The notes under the pieces were generated by a model that did not search any database, was not told where the DNA came from, and was given only the letters and a program-made list of their open reading frames with translations. Below, in pieces: positions 61,636 through 64,000 of a stretch of DNA of 64,000 nucleotides. The first letter of the stretch is position 1. Every line of letters begins with the position of its first letter. The DNA is from an uncultured Gammaproteobacteria bacterium (GTDB lineage: Bacteria > Pseudomonadota > Gammaproteobacteria > GCA-002705445 > GCA-002716945). Location: assembly GCA_902605525.1 (NCBI GenBank), contig CACLCV010000001.1, positions 15,635 through 79,634 on the forward strand, written 5' to 3'. The position numbers and the translations under genes were made by a program.

Positions 61636-62097
61636 ATGAAAAGACGAAACTTCATAAAAAATAGTATGCTGTTTGCAGGGGCACTAACAGCCTTGCCATC
61701 GGTGTTATTTACAAAAAAATCTTATGCCGCTTGGCCAAAAACATCATTTGATATTAAAGACCTTACAGATTCTGTAAAAAGTGTTTATGGTCATAATAAT
61801 CTAGAAGAATCTTCAAAGATTAAGTTAAAAGCTCCATCTATCGCTGAAAATGGTGCTATTGTTCCCATAAATGTATCTACAAGTCTAGACAATGTAGATT
61901 CAATAATGATATTTGTTGAGAATAATCCTCAACCTTTATCAAGTGGTTATCAACTTACTCAATTAGCAGAACCATCTATTGGTACGAGACTAAAAATGGG
62001 TAAAACATCAAATGTGATGGCTGCTGTAAAAAGTGGAGACAAAGTTTATACAGCTACACAAGAAGTAAAAGTAACGATTGGAGGCTGTGGAGGTTAA
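61636..62097 (+). CDS. soxY: Sulfur-carrier protein SoxY
   Basis: Tat signal KRRNFIK and the diagnostic C-terminal GGCGG swinging-arm motif. Confidence 0.93.
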   Translation: MKRRNFIKNSMLFAGALTALPSVLFTKKSYAAWPKTSFDIKDLTDSVKSVYGHNNLEESSKIKLKAPSIAENGAIVPINVSTSLDNVDSIMIFVENNPQPLSSGYQLTQLAEPSIGTRLKMGKTSNVMAAVKSGDKVYTATQEVKVTIGGCGG

Positions 62098-62099
62098 TC

Positions 62100-62408
62100 A
62101 TGAGTACTATTAAAATGAGATCAAAAGAATCAAATGGCGTTGTAACCGTCAAGGCTCTTATCAAACACCCAATGGAGACTGGTCAACGTAAAAATAAAAA
62201 GACAGGTGATATTATACCTGCGCATTACATACAAGAAGTTCATAGTAAGGCCAATGGAAAGGATGTAATAACTATACATTGGGGTCCTGCTGTTTCAAAG
62301 AATCCATATCTTACCTTCAAATACAAAGGAAATAAAGGAGATGATGTTGAAATTTCTTGGGTTGATAATCAGGGTAATAAAGACACAAAAATAGGCAAGG
62401 TAAAATAA
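62100..62408 (+). CDS. soxZ: SoxZ
   Basis: 102 aa immediately after soxY, with an MRSKE...VTVKALIKHPMETG SoxZ-like start. Confidence 0.88.
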   Translation: MSTIKMRSKESNGVVTVKALIKHPMETGQRKNKKTGDIIPAHYIQEVHSKANGKDVITIHWGPAVSKNPYLTFKYKGNKGDDVEISWVDNQGNKDTKIGKVK

Positions 62409-62410
62409 CA

Positions 62411-63238
62411 ATGTTTAGAAAAATTCTTGCTGTTGTCTTGCTTTTACCAGCTTTATCGGTGTTAGCCAGTCCGGAGAAAGATTTTGATAAATTTGTTAGT
62501 TATTTCAAAGATAGATTTCCTAATACGCCATATCAAGATTATAAAAATGGTGTTTATTCTATTGATGCTTCAGCAAGAGAACAATGGGAGGCCATGGAAG
62601 AATTTCCACCATACGAACTTAATGTAGATAGAGGCGAAGAGTTATTCAATAAGCCATTCAAAAATGGAAATACATATGGATCATGTTTCGAAAATGGTGG
62701 AGTAGGAATAAGGCAAAATTACCCATATTTTGATACCGATCGGAATAAGGTAATTACACTCGAAGGTGCGCTGAATGATTGCCGTGTGAAAAATGGTGAA
62801 AAACCACTTAGCTATTTCAAAGGCAAGGAGCTAGCTCATGTATCTGCTTACATGGCTTATACGTCCAGAGGTAATGTCTTTAATGTGCAAATTCCAAATA
62901 CTGAAGGAGCACTAAATGCTTATGAAGATGGAAAAAGGCTATATTTCACTAAAAAAGGCCAGCTCAACTTTTCATGTGCAGATTGTCATGTATATCAGAC
63001 AGGTACCAAATTAAGAGCTGATATCCCAAGTCCAGCTATTGGGCATCCTACTCATTTTCCGGTCTATCGTTCTGGCATGGGCAGATTAGTTACGCTCCAT
63101 GAGAGATTTGCGGGATGTTTAAATCGTATAAGAGCGAAAAGCTTTAAAGGCGGAAGTGATGAATTAAATAATTTAGAATTTTTCACTACATTTATGAGTA
63201 ATGGCCTTGAAGTTAATGGTCCTGGCTCTAGAAAATAA
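62411..63238 (+). CDS. soxA: Cytochrome SoxA (monoheme form)
   Basis: Signal peptide, a single CxxCH (CADCH) and a distal Cys ligand context ERFAGCLNRIR. The N-terminal domain lacks a CxxCH. Confidence 0.88.
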   Translation: MFRKILAVVLLLPALSVLASPEKDFDKFVSYFKDRFPNTPYQDYKNGVYSIDASAREQWEAMEEFPPYELNVDRGEELFNKPFKNGNTYGSCFENGGVGIRQNYPYFDTDRNKVITLEGALNDCRVKNGEKPLSYFKGKELAHVSAYMAYTSRGNVFNVQIPNTEGALNAYEDGKRLYFTKKGQLNFSCADCHVYQTGTKLRADIPSPAIGHPTHFPVYRSGMGRLVTLHERFAGCLNRIRAKSFKGGSDELNNLEFFTTFMSNGLEVNGPGSRK

Positions 63239-63262
63239 ATTCAAATAAGCTATACTCATTTC

Positions 63263-63763
63263 ATGACTAAGATTAATGTTTCTAAGTTCTTAACAGTAAC
63301 TGCTGGTCTAATTCTGCTCTCCTCATGTGCAAATATGCAAGCCATGATCGAAAAACAAACACAAGAAGAAAAAGAGCTTTCAGTTGATCAAAAGCTTCAG
63401 GTATCAATTCCTATTCCAGATAACTCAAAATATCTTATAAATAAGACTGTCATATTTGGTGAAGGTAACAAATTTTCTGGAATACTATATCTACAACATG
63501 ATGAGTCTGCAGATGACATTGCAAGCTTTTATAGAAAAAATATGATTGCTGATGGATGGTCAGAAATTGGTATAGTGAGATCACAGTTTATTCTTGTCAA
63601 CTTTGAAAAGGAGAATAGATTTGCAACAATTAAAGTGATTAGAACAATGTTCGAAAAATCTGACTCAGAAATTACCATAGGACCTAAATCCTCCACACAA
63701 CTAGAAAAAAGTTTAGACATAGATAGCGGAAATGTGTCTGATGAACCTTTTATTGTTGAATAA
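63263..63763 (+). CDS. Hypothetical lipoprotein, 166 aa
   Basis: Lipobox LLSSC after a hydrophobic leader. It starts 24 nt downstream of soxA on the same strand. I recognise no family. Confidence 0.6.
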   Translation: MTKINVSKFLTVTAGLILLSSCANMQAMIEKQTQEEKELSVDQKLQVSIPIPDNSKYLINKTVIFGEGNKFSGILYLQHDESADDIASFYRKNMIADGWSEIGIVRSQFILVNFEKENRFATIKVIRTMFEKSDSEITIGPKSSTQLEKSLDIDSGNVSDEPFIVE

Positions 63764-63767
63764 TCTA

Positions 63768-64000
63768 CTATTCAATAATTATATCTATTACATCTTCTAA
63801 GTATAGGTCTCTAAAAAAATGGCCACCACCCTCGAGGATAATTGTTCGAACATTTGATTTATTAATTTCTTCGTAACTTTTATAACTGTCTAATAATATT
63901 TCATCTTCTGTTCCAGAAAATATAGTTATAGGAGATTCACTGTTATCTATTAAATCAAAAATATTAAATGTAAATGGGTAAGCTGATTTATTTTTAGAAA
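63768..64000 (-). CDS. Alpha/beta-hydrolase-fold protein, C-terminal fragment (YqiA-like esterase?)
   Basis: My own minus-strand translation gives ...ITIFSGTEDEILLDSYKSYEEINKSNVRTIILEGGGHFFRDLYLEDVIDIIIE*. The GGxH near the C-terminus fits the catalytic His region of small esterases. The gene runs off the right edge. Confidence 0.5.
   Translation of the reverse strand, partial: SKNKSAYPFTFNIFDLIDNSESPITIFSGTEDEILLDSYKSYEEINKSNVRTIILEGGGHFFRDLYLEDVIDIIIE

Noticed and set aside
61293-63238. The sox genes look more GC-rich than the flanking genes (about 40% against about 27-30% in sampled 60-nt lines), which could suggest horizontal acquisition.
   Set aside because: This rests on eyeball counts of a few lines only. 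Other conserved genes (lon, clpX, ilv) also look GC-enriched relative to membrane and hypothetical genes, as is usual in AT-rich genomes. There are no flanking repeats, no integrase and no tRNA-adjacent scar.
63754-63777. Small inverted repeat TTGAATA-atctac-TATTCAA between the convergent lipoprotein and hydrolase genes, considered as a bidirectional terminator.
   Set aside because: The stem is 7 bp and entirely A/T-rich, it overlaps both stop codons, and it has no flanking T-tract. It is too weak to call.

Overview
This 64-kb window is very AT-rich (about 30% GC by eye) and extremely gene-dense. It looks like core chromosome from a streamlined gamma- or betaproteobacterium-like organism. I could not run any searches, so every product call rests on motifs, lengths and synteny that I recognise in the supplied translations or in my own hand translations.

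I call about 72 protein-coding genes and 8 tRNAs. Almost all are housekeeping genes in textbook proteobacterial arrangements:
- rpsB-tsf, map, dapE, yejABEF and fabI.
- cysS, then tRNA Pro-Arg-His-Leu, tig-clpP-clpX-lon-hupB, tRNA Val-Asp and ppiD.
- ppiase-lpxH.
- nadB, divergent from rpoE, a mini anti-sigma factor, degP and lepA-lepB-rnc-era-recO.
- orn, recR-ybaB-dnaX, serS, ftsK, trxB and hom-thrC.
- surE-pcm, trpS-scpA-scpB, and ilvIH-ilvC-pssA-leuA.
- A periplasmic thiosulfate-oxidation cluster, soxXYZA, at the right end.

I see no transposase, integrase, phage gene, CRISPR array, rRNA or recognisable defence system. I do not see a convincing novel multi-gene system either.

The observations most worth a second look are:
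- An orphan ORF, ugd, a [2Fe-2S] ferredoxin and a bicupin are chained by start/stop overlaps onto dnaX.
- dnaX carries an A10 slippery run at the expected tau/gamma position, with immediate stops in both alternative frames.
- An unrecognised lipoprotein gene follows a monoheme soxA, in the position soxK occupies in other sox clusters.
- Two roughly 10-kb same-strand gene arrays are punctuated by tRNA genes only 2-18 nt from the neighbouring CDS.
- Both tRNA-Ser genes appear to have U73, and they flank an MFS gene next to serS.
- Convergent gene ends almost always overlap.

Orphan ORFs of 134, 152, 166 and about 56 aa remain functionally unassigned.
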